A DNA stretch of 41,160 nucleotides from the NCBI GenBank assembly GCA_964620835.1, contig CAZUIA010000002.1:1-41160 (forward strand). The letters run 5' to 3'. This document shows positions 24,051-31,790 of this stretch, piece after piece. How positions within the stretch are numbered: position 1 is the first letter of the stretch; every line of letters begins with the position of its first letter. The position numbers were made by a program, and so were the translations under genes. This DNA comes from an uncultured Oscillospiraceae bacterium. Its GTDB lineage: Bacteria; Bacillota; Clostridia; Christensenellales; Aristaeellaceae. The notes beneath the pieces are model-generated. The model saw only the letters and a program-made list of their open reading frames with translations. It was not told the origin of the DNA and ran no database searches.

Positions 24051-24110
24051 GATCTGTATTCCTCCGTACTGTTTTGTGATGGCTTTGATTGCATGGGATG
24101 ACGGAGGCTC

Positions 24111-24413
24111 TCAAGGGTTCATGCGCACCTTGAGCGTAATCAGCGTCGGATGCCCGGCGAATCGGACGCCCCGCGCCGCACGTTTTGAAAACTGGCTGAA
24201 AAACAAGAAGGGAAGGGCTGTGAAAAGCATGACATACAGCTGGCGAAGCAGCGCCTGAAACGCCCACACGAAGCAGCAAACCGCGCATTCGGCCCTCTCC
24301 TGGGGATGCTCGTGATGATGAAGGGCGGGAACTGCCAGCACAAGCAGTGTCAGCGCGAGGAATACCACAAAAAGCACCCTGGCGGCTTGCCGCTCTTTTC
24401 GTGCGGTGCGCAT
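24111..24413 (-). CDS. Small membrane protein (100 aa) with an HHHEH...CxxCC motif; first gene of the zinc locus
   Basis: I trimmed the ORF to ATG 24413 (AAGGGGA SD 7 nt upstream): MRTARKERQAARVLFVVFLALTLLVLAVPALHHHEHPQERAECAVCCFVWAF...PTLITLKVRMNP. It has two hydrophobic segments flanking the His/Cys cluster. I recognise no family. Confidence 0.6.
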   Translation of the reverse strand: MRTARKERQAARVLFVVFLALTLLVLAVPALHHHEHPQERAECAVCCFVWAFQALLRQLYVMLFTALPFLFFSQFSKRAARGVRFAGHPTLITLKVRMNP

Positions 24414-24465
24414 TCGCTCATCCCCTTTCTTCAGTGTCTGTATGCCGGCCCTTTGCCTGGTGCAT

Positions 24466-24494
24466 ACAATACCACGCGAATTTTCCGAAAACAA
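24466..24494 (-). promoter_or_regulatory. Candidate sigma-A promoter of the zinc locus (TTGTTT-17-TGgTATTGT)
   Basis: The minus strand reads TTGTTTtcggaaaattcgcgTGgTATTGT, about 50 nt upstream of ATG 24413. Confidence 0.4.
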
Positions 24495-24513
24495 GCCGTC
24501 CGGCCGGTTCTTC

Positions 24514-24559
24514 AGATTCCTTTAGAAACGGGCCGGTTTCTTAAGAAATAAAAAGAAAC
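24514..24559. promoter_or_regulatory. Cluster of operator-like motifs: AGATTCCTTTAGAAAC (24514-24529), perfect 12-bp palindrome TTTCTTAAGAAA (24537-24548), extra half-site AGAAAC (24554-24559)
   Basis: Read directly from the sequence. The cluster lies between the two divergent promoters (zinc locus and response regulator). It is related to the motif at 21309-21324. Confidence 0.45.
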
Positions 24560-24569
24560 GCCGCATCCG

Positions 24570-24599
24570 GTGACAGGCCTTGGGGACGTGCGGTATAAT
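24570..24599 (+). promoter_or_regulatory. Candidate promoter of the two-component operon (GTGACA-18-TATAAT); geometry suggests a leaderless mRNA
   Basis: TATAAT ends 7 nt before the A of ATG 24607, and no SD lies between them. Confidence 0.4.
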
Positions 24600-24606
24600 A
24601 CGGCAT

Positions 24607-25302
24607 ATGGAAAAGAAGGCTGTAATCCTGGCTGTGGACGATGAGGCGGACATCCGGGAGGTGCTGCGGCTCCTGCTGGAAGCGGACGGATACGCGGTGT
24701 GCGAGGCGTCAAGCGGCGATGAGGCGCTCCGTAAGCTGACCGAGGATGTGAGCCTTGTCGTTTTGGATGTGGTGATGCCGGGGGAAAGCGGCTATGAGGT
24801 GTGCGAGCGACTGCGCGAGCGCAGCAACGTGCCGGTTCTCTTTTTGACCGCCAAATCACAGGAACAGGACAAGGTGCGGGGGCTTCAATGCGGGGGGGAT
24901 GATTACTTGACCAAGCCGTTTTCCGCCGCCGAGCTTGGCGCGCGCGTCGCAGCGCTGCTGCGGCGCTATCAGGTGTATCAGGGAAGCGCGGATGTGCAAA
25001 GCGGCCGTTTTGTCCGTCAATCGGTCTGTATTGATTTTGCGTCCGGCACGGTGGCGCGCAATGAAAAGCAAGTCCTATTGACCGACCTGGAATACCGCCT
25101 GCTCGCATACCTGGCCAAGCACGCGGGGGAAACGATCGACGCGCAGCGGCTGTATGAAGCCGTATGGGGTGAAACGTACTTGCTCAGCTCCGCCAGCACG
25201 ATCATGGTGCACATCCGCAACCTGCGAAAAAAGCTGGAGGACGATCCGCAACAGCCGGCGCTGATCAAAACCGTCTGGGGGAAAGGATACCGCATTGATT
25301 AA
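24607..25302 (+). CDS. OmpR-family response regulator
   Basis: The receiver domain shows MEKKAVILAVDDE, VVLDVVMPGESG and LTKPF. The winged-helix output shows LTDLEYRLLAYLAKH, IMVHIRNLRKKLE and IKTVWGKGYRI. The TTG at 24580 in the track has no SD. Confidence 0.9.
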   Translation: MEKKAVILAVDDEADIREVLRLLLEADGYAVCEASSGDEALRKLTEDVSLVVLDVVMPGESGYEVCERLRERSNVPVLFLTAKSQEQDKVRGLQCGGDDYLTKPFSAAELGARVAALLRRYQVYQGSADVQSGRFVRQSVCIDFASGTVARNEKQVLLTDLEYRLLAYLAKHAGETIDAQRLYEAVWGETYLLSSASTIMVHIRNLRKKLEDDPQQPALIKTVWGKGYRID

Positions 25303-26602
25303 AACCTACATCCGCAGCAAGCTAAGCCGCCAGTTATCCGCCGTGATCCTGGCCGCGTTTGTCTTTGCCGGCATATTGTATTTGACGCTGGCTTCCGTGA
25401 TCGAAACAACCGTTTGCACGTATTATGACGGGCATCCCGAAATCGTGCAGCGGATGGCTGCGGAAAAAGTGCGCGCATTGCAGGCTATGGCCGACAGGGA
25501 AGCCGTCGCTTCCACGGATAGGGCGGCGCTCTCCACGTGGGTGGGCAGGAATGCGCTGATGATTTTGCAAGTGTTTCGCAATGGCCGGCTGATCTTCGAT
25601 TCCACGCTGGAGACCTCCTCTGCGCTGCACTCGCATTTGCAGGATCATGCGCCCCTCGCGCACCAGGCTACCCAAACCATTGTCTTTGCCGACGGACCCG
25701 CGCAGGTATCCATTGCGGTATTCCCTGAACACGCGCTGGTGGATTTGCTGAGCAAGGGATTGCTGCTACTCTGTGTGTTTTTATTCCTGGGTGTCATCTT
25801 ATGGAGCGTCCGAAGGAAGATACAGTATTTGGTGAAGTTAGAGCAGGAGGTGCTGGCCATCGCCGGGGGGGACCTAGAGTTGCCGCTCACGCACAGGGGG
25901 ACGGATGAGCTGGCCATGCTGTCGGAATGTATCGACGAGATGCGTCAATCGATGATCGAGCGCATCCGTCAGGAGGAGTCCCGCCAGCAGGAGCGGTACG
26001 AGTGGGTCGCTTCCATGTCGCACGACCTGCGAACGCCGTTGACGGCGCTCACAGGCTATCTGGAGGTCATGGCGCGTGGGGGCTTGTCCAATCCAAGCCG
26101 GGCCTATCTCCAAAAATGCTTGGAGAAAGCCTTCCGGCTGAAGGAAATGACAGACATGCTTTTTGCCAGCTTTACCTCCAGCGCGCCGCTTCTCGAAACG
26201 CTTATTCCGATGCCTGCAAATGAACTGATGCGTGCATTCATTCAGGAAGGGCTGACATACCTGCGGGAAAAAGGGTATGAGACGGAAATCCGCGGCGCAA
26301 CAGAAAACCATGACATCATGATTCAAAAGGCCGCGCTGCACCGCGTCTTTGACAATGTCTTTCAAAACATCGCAAAATACGCGTCCCCCCATGCTCCGGT
26401 GACCGTTGCATGGAACATGGAAAGCGATTCGCGCTTTTCGATCTTGATTCACAGCGGATTGAGGGGGACGGCGCTGTCGCACGGCAGCGGATTTGGCTTG
26501 ACGATCTGCTCGAATCTCATCCAAAACATGGGAGGGGATTTTCGCGCCCGCGCTTTTGACGGGGTGTTCGAGTATCGGATTGAGTTGAAGGCGCGCGCAT
26601 AA
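25295..26602 (+). CDS. Sensor histidine kinase (two TM segments, HAMP, HisKA, HATPase_c)
   Basis: It uses a TTG start after GAAAGGA and overlaps the regulator stop by 8 nt. It has the H-box SMSHDLRTPLTAL, the N-box FDNVFQNIAKY and the G-box GSGFGLTICSNL. Confidence 0.9.
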   Translation: MIKTYIRSKLSRQLSAVILAAFVFAGILYLTLASVIETTVCTYYDGHPEIVQRMAAEKVRALQAMADREAVASTDRAALSTWVGRNALMILQVFRNGRLIFDSTLETSSALHSHLQDHAPLAHQATQTIVFADGPAQVSIAVFPEHALVDLLSKGLLLLCVFLFLGVILWSVRRKIQYLVKLEQEVLAIAGGDLELPLTHRGTDELAMLSECIDEMRQSMIERIRQEESRQQERYEWVASMSHDLRTPLTALTGYLEVMARGGLSNPSRAYLQKCLEKAFRLKEMTDMLFASFTSSAPLLETLIPMPANELMRAFIQEGLTYLREKGYETEIRGATENHDIMIQKAALHRVFDNVFQNIAKYASPHAPVTVAWNMESDSRFSILIHSGLRGTALSHGSGFGLTICSNLIQNMGGDFRARAFDGVFEYRIELKARA

Positions 26603-26642
26603 CCCCTTGCCGATATGGTCCCTATCGCGTTCTGCCGCCCCT

Positions 26643-26673
26643 TCATAACGCGCGGCCATGCGTGGCACACTAT
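26643..26673 (+). promoter_or_regulatory. Candidate forespore (sigma-G/F-type) promoter upstream of splB: TCATA-N18-CACACTAT
   Basis: It matches the remembered sigma-G consensus GHATR-N18-CAHWHTAH at all -10 positions and at 4/5 of the -35. It lies 19 nt upstream of ATG 26692. Confidence 0.35.
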
Positions 26674-26691
26674 GGGCCGGGGGCGGCAAGA

Positions 26692-27693
26692 ATGGATATG
26701 CGCTTTGATAGGGTCTATTACGAGCCGGATGCGCTTGGGTATGGTCTGGGGCAGATGCTCCGGGGCAAATACGCGGCCTTGCCTTGGGTAGCCATAGAGA
26801 ATCATAACCGTATACCGGAACTGACGGCGGCGGAAAACCGGGATTTCCCGAAACTGAAAAGGCACCTTATCGTCGCGGTGAGAAAGACACACCGGTATGT
26901 GCCAAACCATAAGGTTTCCGACTGGCTGGTCCCCTACACATCTTCCGGCTGCCGGGCCATGTGCCTGTATTGCTATCTGGTATGCAGTTACAACAAGTGC
27001 TCCTATTTTCGCCTGTTTGTCAACCGCGAGCAAATGCTGGGAAAGCTGCTTCAAAAGGACGCCGTCGCCGCCGTGCCGCAGACCTTTGAGATTGGCAGCA
27101 ACAGCGATCTGCTGCTGGAAAACACAATCACGGACAACTTGCGCTTTACAATCGAGCGTTTTGCGCGCGAAGGCCGGGGCAGGCTGACTTTTCCCACGAA
27201 ATTTGACAGGGTCGATCCGCTGCTGAACCTTGACCATAGAGGCAAGACAATCTTTCGCATGAGCGTGAACCCGCAGGAGATCATACGCCGCGTCGAACTG
27301 GGCACCTCGCCGCTGCGCGCACGGATTCGCGCGCTCAACGACGTGGCGGAAGCCGGATATCCGGTGGGCCTGTTGATCGCGCCCGTGATCCTGCTCCCGG
27401 ACTGGAAGTTCCTGTATGAAGAGCTGATAGAGCAGCTTTCGGATGAACTGAGCGAAAAGGTACTGCGCAGCGGCTTCATAGAGATCATCCTGATGACGTA
27501 CAGCTTCGTACAGAATATCATCAACTCGGAGGCATTTCCCAATGCCGTGCCGCTTTTTAACCGGGAAATCATGACCGGGCGCGGGCGCGGAAAATACTGC
27601 TACCGAAACGATATCCGCGCACAGGCCGAATCCTTTTTGCGAATGAAGATCGCGCGGCAGTTGGGCTCTATGCCGATCCTGTATATTTCATGA
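26692..27693 (+). CDS. splB: Spore photoproduct lyase (radical SAM)
   Basis: MDMRFDRVYYEPDALGYGLG is a typical SplB N terminus. The radical-SAM cluster is CRAMCLYCY, followed by EIGSNSDLL and the conserved C-terminal region. The GTG at 26662 in the track lies inside the candidate promoter. Confidence 0.9.
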   Translation: MDMRFDRVYYEPDALGYGLGQMLRGKYAALPWVAIENHNRIPELTAAENRDFPKLKRHLIVAVRKTHRYVPNHKVSDWLVPYTSSGCRAMCLYCYLVCSYNKCSYFRLFVNREQMLGKLLQKDAVAAVPQTFEIGSNSDLLLENTITDNLRFTIERFAREGRGRLTFPTKFDRVDPLLNLDHRGKTIFRMSVNPQEIIRRVELGTSPLRARIRALNDVAEAGYPVGLLIAPVILLPDWKFLYEELIEQLSDELSEKVLRSGFIEIILMTYSFVQNIINSEAFPNAVPLFNREIMTGRGRGKYCYRNDIRAQAESFLRMKIARQLGSMPILYIS

Positions 27694-27817
27694 CGGAAAA
27701 GGGAGATCCCTGCACAGGCTGCTTCAAAATCAGTTGGCCGGCCCTTTCAGCAAACGCACCTATCGTACAGCATTCAGTGATACCCCAGCTTCCAATCCAA
27801 AAAACGCATAAAAACGA

Positions 27818-27847
27818 TTGACAATTATATGCATATTATGGTATAAT
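27818..27847 (+). promoter_or_regulatory. Strong sigma-A promoter TTGACA-18-TGgTATAAT with the palindrome ATATGCATAT (27827-27836) in the spacer
   Basis: Read directly from the sequence. It lies 48 nt upstream of the marR-family ATG. The palindrome is a plausible MarR auto-operator. Confidence 0.6.
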
Positions 27848-27895
27848 GCCTTAAGTCTGATTTCGGACTAAATTGGGTGTGCAGGAGGTGCCCAA

Positions 27896-28342
27896 ATGGA
27901 TCACACGTCCAAAATGCGGCGGGTCATTGACACCTGGTATGACGACTGGTTCGCGATGGATCGCCTCTATTATGAATGGGCGCGCCGGCGCGGGATCACC
28001 GGGACGATCCTTTTTACGCTGTACGCCATTCATGCCATTGGAAAGGCCTGCACGCCGGGCCAGATTGTCGAAAAGCTGGCGCTTTCCAAGCAGACGGTCA
28101 ACTCCACGCTGGATACCCTGGAGGCCCGGGGCTTTATTTCCCGCCAGCGCGATACCGTGGACCAGCGCAGCCGCATTGTCAGCCTGACGGACGAAGGGCG
28201 CGCGTACGCGGAGGAGCTCCTCGGCGCGCTGGACGATGCCGAGCAAGGGGCTTTTTCCGCGCTCGGCAACGACCTGCAAACGATGATCGACCTGAACCGA
28301 AAGCTCGTACAGGCCATGCGCCGGGAGCTTTCGGTGCGATAG
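27896..28342 (+). CDS. MarR-family transcriptional regulator
   Basis: A CAGGAGGTG SD is followed by ATG 27896. The winged-HTH pattern is PGQIVEKLALSKQTVNSTLDTLEARGFISRQRDTVDQRSRIVSLTDEG. Confidence 0.9.
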   Translation: MDHTSKMRRVIDTWYDDWFAMDRLYYEWARRRGITGTILFTLYAIHAIGKACTPGQIVEKLALSKQTVNSTLDTLEARGFISRQRDTVDQRSRIVSLTDEGRAYAEELLGALDDAEQGAFSALGNDLQTMIDLNRKLVQAMRRELSVR

Positions 28343-28403
28343 GCAAGCCTCGGCCGGCCGCGCCCGTTTAGGCGGCTGTGTATATCCAAGCTGGAGGTGC
28401 TCT

Positions 28404-29960
28404 ATGCGTGCCCATGAGACCGACCGAAGCGTCATGATCATTCCGCTTTCAACCATTGTCGCGCTGTGCGCGCTGCTCGTGTGCTTTCCGGAACAGAGCC
28501 GCGCGGTGATCGAATCGGTGCGCCTGTGGATCACCCATACGTTCGGCTGGTATTATGTGGTGCTGGGGCTTGTGTTTCTGGGCGCGTCGCTGTATGTGGC
28601 GCTTACGCCGCGCGGAGCGATTCGGCTGGGAAGCCTTGCAAAGCCCCGATACGGCCATTTTACGTGGGGCGCGATGGTGTTTACCGCCACCATGGCGGCG
28701 GACATTCTCTTTTTCGCGCTGCATGAATGGGCGTTTTATTACCAGGCGCTGCCGCTGGATGTCGCGTCGCTTTCGGCGGGGGAACGCCACCTGTGGGCGT
28801 CCACGTACCCGATGTTTCACTGGGGCGCGATTCCCTGGTCGTTCTTCATCCTGCCCGCGGCCGCGTATGGCTACATGTTTTACGTCAAGGGCCGTTCGCG
28901 CCAGCGGCTGAGCGAGGCATGCCGGCCCATGATTGGCGCGCGCGCGGACGGCGGGCTTGGCAAGGCGATCGACCTGTTCAGCGTGTTTGGGCTGCTGGCG
29001 GGCACGGCGACCACCTTTTCGCTGGCCACGCCGCTGATGACGCTGGCGCTGAGCGAGGTGTTCGGCCTTCCGCAGTCCAAGGGCATGACGATTCTGGTGC
29101 TTCTGGTTATTGCGGTGGTCTACACGGTGGCGGTCGTGTTCAGCTTCAAGGGAATGGCGTACCTGGCAAAGCTGTCCATGATCGCGTACGCGGCCATGCT
29201 GTGCTTGTTTCTCCTGGGCGGCGACCTGATCTACACGATTGAAACGACCGTCACGGCGCTTGGCAACATGGCGACAAATTTCCTGCGCATGGCCACGTGG
29301 CTTGACCCGCTGCGGCTGACCGCGCAGGATGGCGGCATGGCCTTCCCGCAGAGCTGGACGGTATTTTACTGGGCCTATTGGATCGCCTGGTGCGTGGCCA
29401 CGCCCTTTTTCATCGGCCGCATCTCGGAAGGAAGGACGCTTCGGCAGGTGATTCTGGGCGGGTTTGGCGTGGGGTTGCTCGGCACGTTCACCTCGTTCAG
29501 CATCTTCGGCCACTATGGGCTGCACCTGGAGGTCGCGGGCCGCCTCAAGGTGGCGGAAAGGCTGGCGCACGGCGCGTCGCAAAGCGAGATCATCCTGGAG
29601 ATCTTCCGCACGCTGCCGCTGCCGGGCCTTTCGCTGGTGGTGCTGATCGTGGCGATGATCCTCTTTTACGCCTCCACATTTGACGCGCTGACCCTGGTGA
29701 TGGCCACGTATTCCTACAAAAACCTCGGGCCGAACGAAGACGCCGGCCGCGGGATGAAGGCGTTTTGGTCCATGCTCTTTGTGCTGCTGCCCATTGGGCT
29801 GCTTTTTTCCGAACAGGCGCTGCCCCAATTGCAGACCGTGGCCATCATCGCCGCGCTTCCCATCAGCGCCGTGCTGCTGGTGATCATCGCCGGGTTTTTT
29901 AAGGAATCTGGGCGGGATCTGCGCGAAAGGCGTTCCGTTGACGGGCACATCCGCGAGTAG
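28404..29960 (+). CDS. BCCT-family (betaine/carnitine/choline-type) transporter
   Basis: The signature WTVFYWAYWIAWCVATPFFIGRISEGRTLRQ matches the BCCT motif WT.FYWAWW..W.PFVG.FIARIS.GRTIR. The protein has about 12 TM segments. A GGAGGTG SD is present. Confidence 0.9.
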   Translation: MRAHETDRSVMIIPLSTIVALCALLVCFPEQSRAVIESVRLWITHTFGWYYVVLGLVFLGASLYVALTPRGAIRLGSLAKPRYGHFTWGAMVFTATMAADILFFALHEWAFYYQALPLDVASLSAGERHLWASTYPMFHWGAIPWSFFILPAAAYGYMFYVKGRSRQRLSEACRPMIGARADGGLGKAIDLFSVFGLLAGTATTFSLATPLMTLALSEVFGLPQSKGMTILVLLVIAVVYTVAVVFSFKGMAYLAKLSMIAYAAMLCLFLLGGDLIYTIETTVTALGNMATNFLRMATWLDPLRLTAQDGGMAFPQSWTVFYWAYWIAWCVATPFFIGRISEGRTLRQVILGGFGVGLLGTFTSFSIFGHYGLHLEVAGRLKVAERLAHGASQSEIILEIFRTLPLPGLSLVVLIVAMILFYASTFDALTLVMATYSYKNLGPNEDAGRGMKAFWSMLFVLLPIGLLFSEQALPQLQTVAIIAALPISAVLLVIIAGFFKESGRDLRERRSVDGHIRE

Positions 29961-30009
29961 CGAAGCGCCCTTTTGTCCGTCCATTCTCTGTCAAAAGGAG
30001 GGAATCCCC

Positions 30010-30918
30010 GTGGTATCCATGCACGGAAAAAAGCTGCGAACCCAATCCCGCCCAAGCGACGGGCGGGTGGCGCTGCTGTTCATCCTGCCGGCCATGATCC
30101 CGATGGTTGTTTTCTGGATCTACCCGATCCTCAGGTCGCTGATGATCAGCCTGACGGACTGGGACTACATCAGCCCTCAGTACAACTTTGTGGGCCTTGA
30201 AAACTACCTGGGTATTCTCGGAAGCCGCGCGTTTGGCCGCGCCTTGTCCAACACGCTCCTGTTCGCCGTGTACACGGTGCTCCCATCCATCGCGCTGGGC
30301 CTTTCGCTGGCGCTTTTGTTTCAGCAGCGCTTTTGTGGCAAAGCGTTTTACCGCGCCATGCTCTTTTCGCCTTGGGTGACGCCCACGGTCGCCATCTCCA
30401 TCGTGTGGATCTGGCTTTTCCAGCCGGACACGGGCATGCTCAACTACCTGCTCGGCCTTTTCGGCGTCGGCCCTTCCAAATGGCTTTCCAGCCGCGACAC
30501 GGCGCTGGTCTCGGTTTCCATCGTGACCGTCTGGAAAAGCCTCGGGTATGCGATGATCTTCTACCTCTCGGCGCTTGAAAAGGTGCCCAAGGAGCTGTAC
30601 GAGGCCGCGGAGATCGACCGCGCGAACGCGTGGAACAAGTTTCGGCACGTGACGTTCCCGGGCATTTCGCCGACGACGTTTTTCCTCCTGGTGATGATGA
30701 CGATCACGTCTTTGCAGGCGTATGACCAGATCCAGATTTTGACGCAGGGCGGCCCGGCGGGCGCGACGCGCACGCTTTTGTACCTGTATTACCAGTACGC
30801 GTTTGAAAACTACAACATGGGCGAGGCCACGGCCGTCGCGGCGGTGCTGATGTTTGTGACGATCATCCTGTCCGTGCTGCAATTTTGGGGGGCGAAAAAA
30901 TGGGTCAGCTATCAATAA
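30010..30918 (+). CDS. CUT1-type ABC transporter permease (UgpA/MalF-like)
   Basis: I prefer GTG 30010, 7 nt after AAAGGAGGGA; ATG 30019 is an alternative. The EAA loop is YEAAEIDRANAWNKFRHVTFPGISP. Confidence 0.85.
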   Translation: MVSMHGKKLRTQSRPSDGRVALLFILPAMIPMVVFWIYPILRSLMISLTDWDYISPQYNFVGLENYLGILGSRAFGRALSNTLLFAVYTVLPSIALGLSLALLFQQRFCGKAFYRAMLFSPWVTPTVAISIVWIWLFQPDTGMLNYLLGLFGVGPSKWLSSRDTALVSVSIVTVWKSLGYAMIFYLSALEKVPKELYEAAEIDRANAWNKFRHVTFPGISPTTFFLLVMMTITSLQAYDQIQILTQGGPAGATRTLLYLYYQYAFENYNMGEATAVAAVLMFVTIILSVLQFWGAKKWVSYQ

Positions 30919-31790
30919 GCCGCAAGGGAAGCACGCAAGGAGGGGCCGTCCGCCACGGCGGCCTTCGCGGAGCCAGGCAGATCGCGCTGCAGGCGCTGTT
31001 GATCCTGCTGACGTTTGCGATGGCGTTCCCATTTTTGTGGATGCTCTCCAGCGCGCTGAAAACAAACGAGGCGGTGCGCGAATTCCCGCCGCGCCTGTTT
31101 CCAAAGACCTGGGAGTGGGGAAACTTTGCCGCGGCCTACCGGGGCGCGCCCTTTGGCAAGTACATTTTCAATTCGCTTCTGACCGCGCTCGGCATTGTCG
31201 CCTTGCAGGTGCTCAACACCGCGATGATTGCCTATGCGCTCACGCAGCTTCGCTTTCGCGGCAAAAGCGCGCTGTTCACCGTGATCATGGCGACGAACAT
31301 GCTGCCGGCGGCCGCGACCTATGTGCCCGCGTACATCATCCTGGCGAGGATGGGCCTCCTAAATTCCTACACCGGCCTGATCGTTTCCAACTGCGTGTAC
31401 ATGTTCGGCATTTTCCTGATCCGCCAGGCGTTTTTGCAGGTGAACCGAAGCCTGGTCGAGGCCGCCTGGTCGGAGGGCGCGAGCCACTGGCACACGCTCT
31501 GGCACGTGCTGTTCCCGATCGCCAAGCCGTCGTTCGTGACCATGGGGCTTTTGTCGTTCGTCGCCAACTACAACAACTACATGTGGCCGTCGCTCATCAC
31601 CACGCGGCCTGAAAAATACCTGATTTCGCAGGGCCTTCGCCTGTACTTCATCGAAGGCGGTGCGTACGGCATCCGTTGGGCGTATGTCATGGCCGCGTCC
31701 GCGTTCACCGTCCTGCCGCTGATGATCCTGTTCTTTGTCTGCCAGAAGTGGTTCATCCAGGGCATTTCCGACACGGGCGTGAAGGGGTAA
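30900..31790 (+). CDS. CUT1-type ABC transporter permease (UgpE/MalG-like)
   Basis: The EAA loop is VEAAWSEGASHWHTLWHVLFPIAKP. The start at ATG 30900 overlaps the preceding gene; GTG 30885 is also possible. Confidence 0.85.
   Translation: MGQLSISRKGSTQGGAVRHGGLRGARQIALQALLILLTFAMAFPFLWMLSSALKTNEAVREFPPRLFPKTWEWGNFAAAYRGAPFGKYIFNSLLTALGIVALQVLNTAMIAYALTQLRFRGKSALFTVIMATNMLPAAATYVPAYIILARMGLLNSYTGLIVSNCVYMFGIFLIRQAFLQVNRSLVEAAWSEGASHWHTLWHVLFPIAKPSFVTMGLLSFVANYNNYMWPSLITTRPEKYLISQGLRLYFIEGGAYGIRWAYVMAASAFTVLPLMILFFVCQKWFIQGISDTGVKG

Noticed and set aside
24580-24606. The TTG start proposed by the track for the response regulator (MGTCGIIRH extension).
   Set aside because: It has no SD, and the TATAAT -10 element lies inside the extension. 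The receiver domain starts canonically at ATG 24607.
28449-29984. A 511-aa minus-strand ORF antisense to the BCCT transporter. Similar antisense ORFs occur at 17327-18619, 22467-23792, 10962-11855, 12258-13304, 36527-37516, 39426-40355, 29899-31104, 25874-26689, 26449-27237 and 27851-28534.
   Set aside because: Each overlaps a gene with clear family motifs on the other strand. Each encodes an Arg/His/Gly/Ala/Pro-rich sequence with no SD-supported start and no domain signature.
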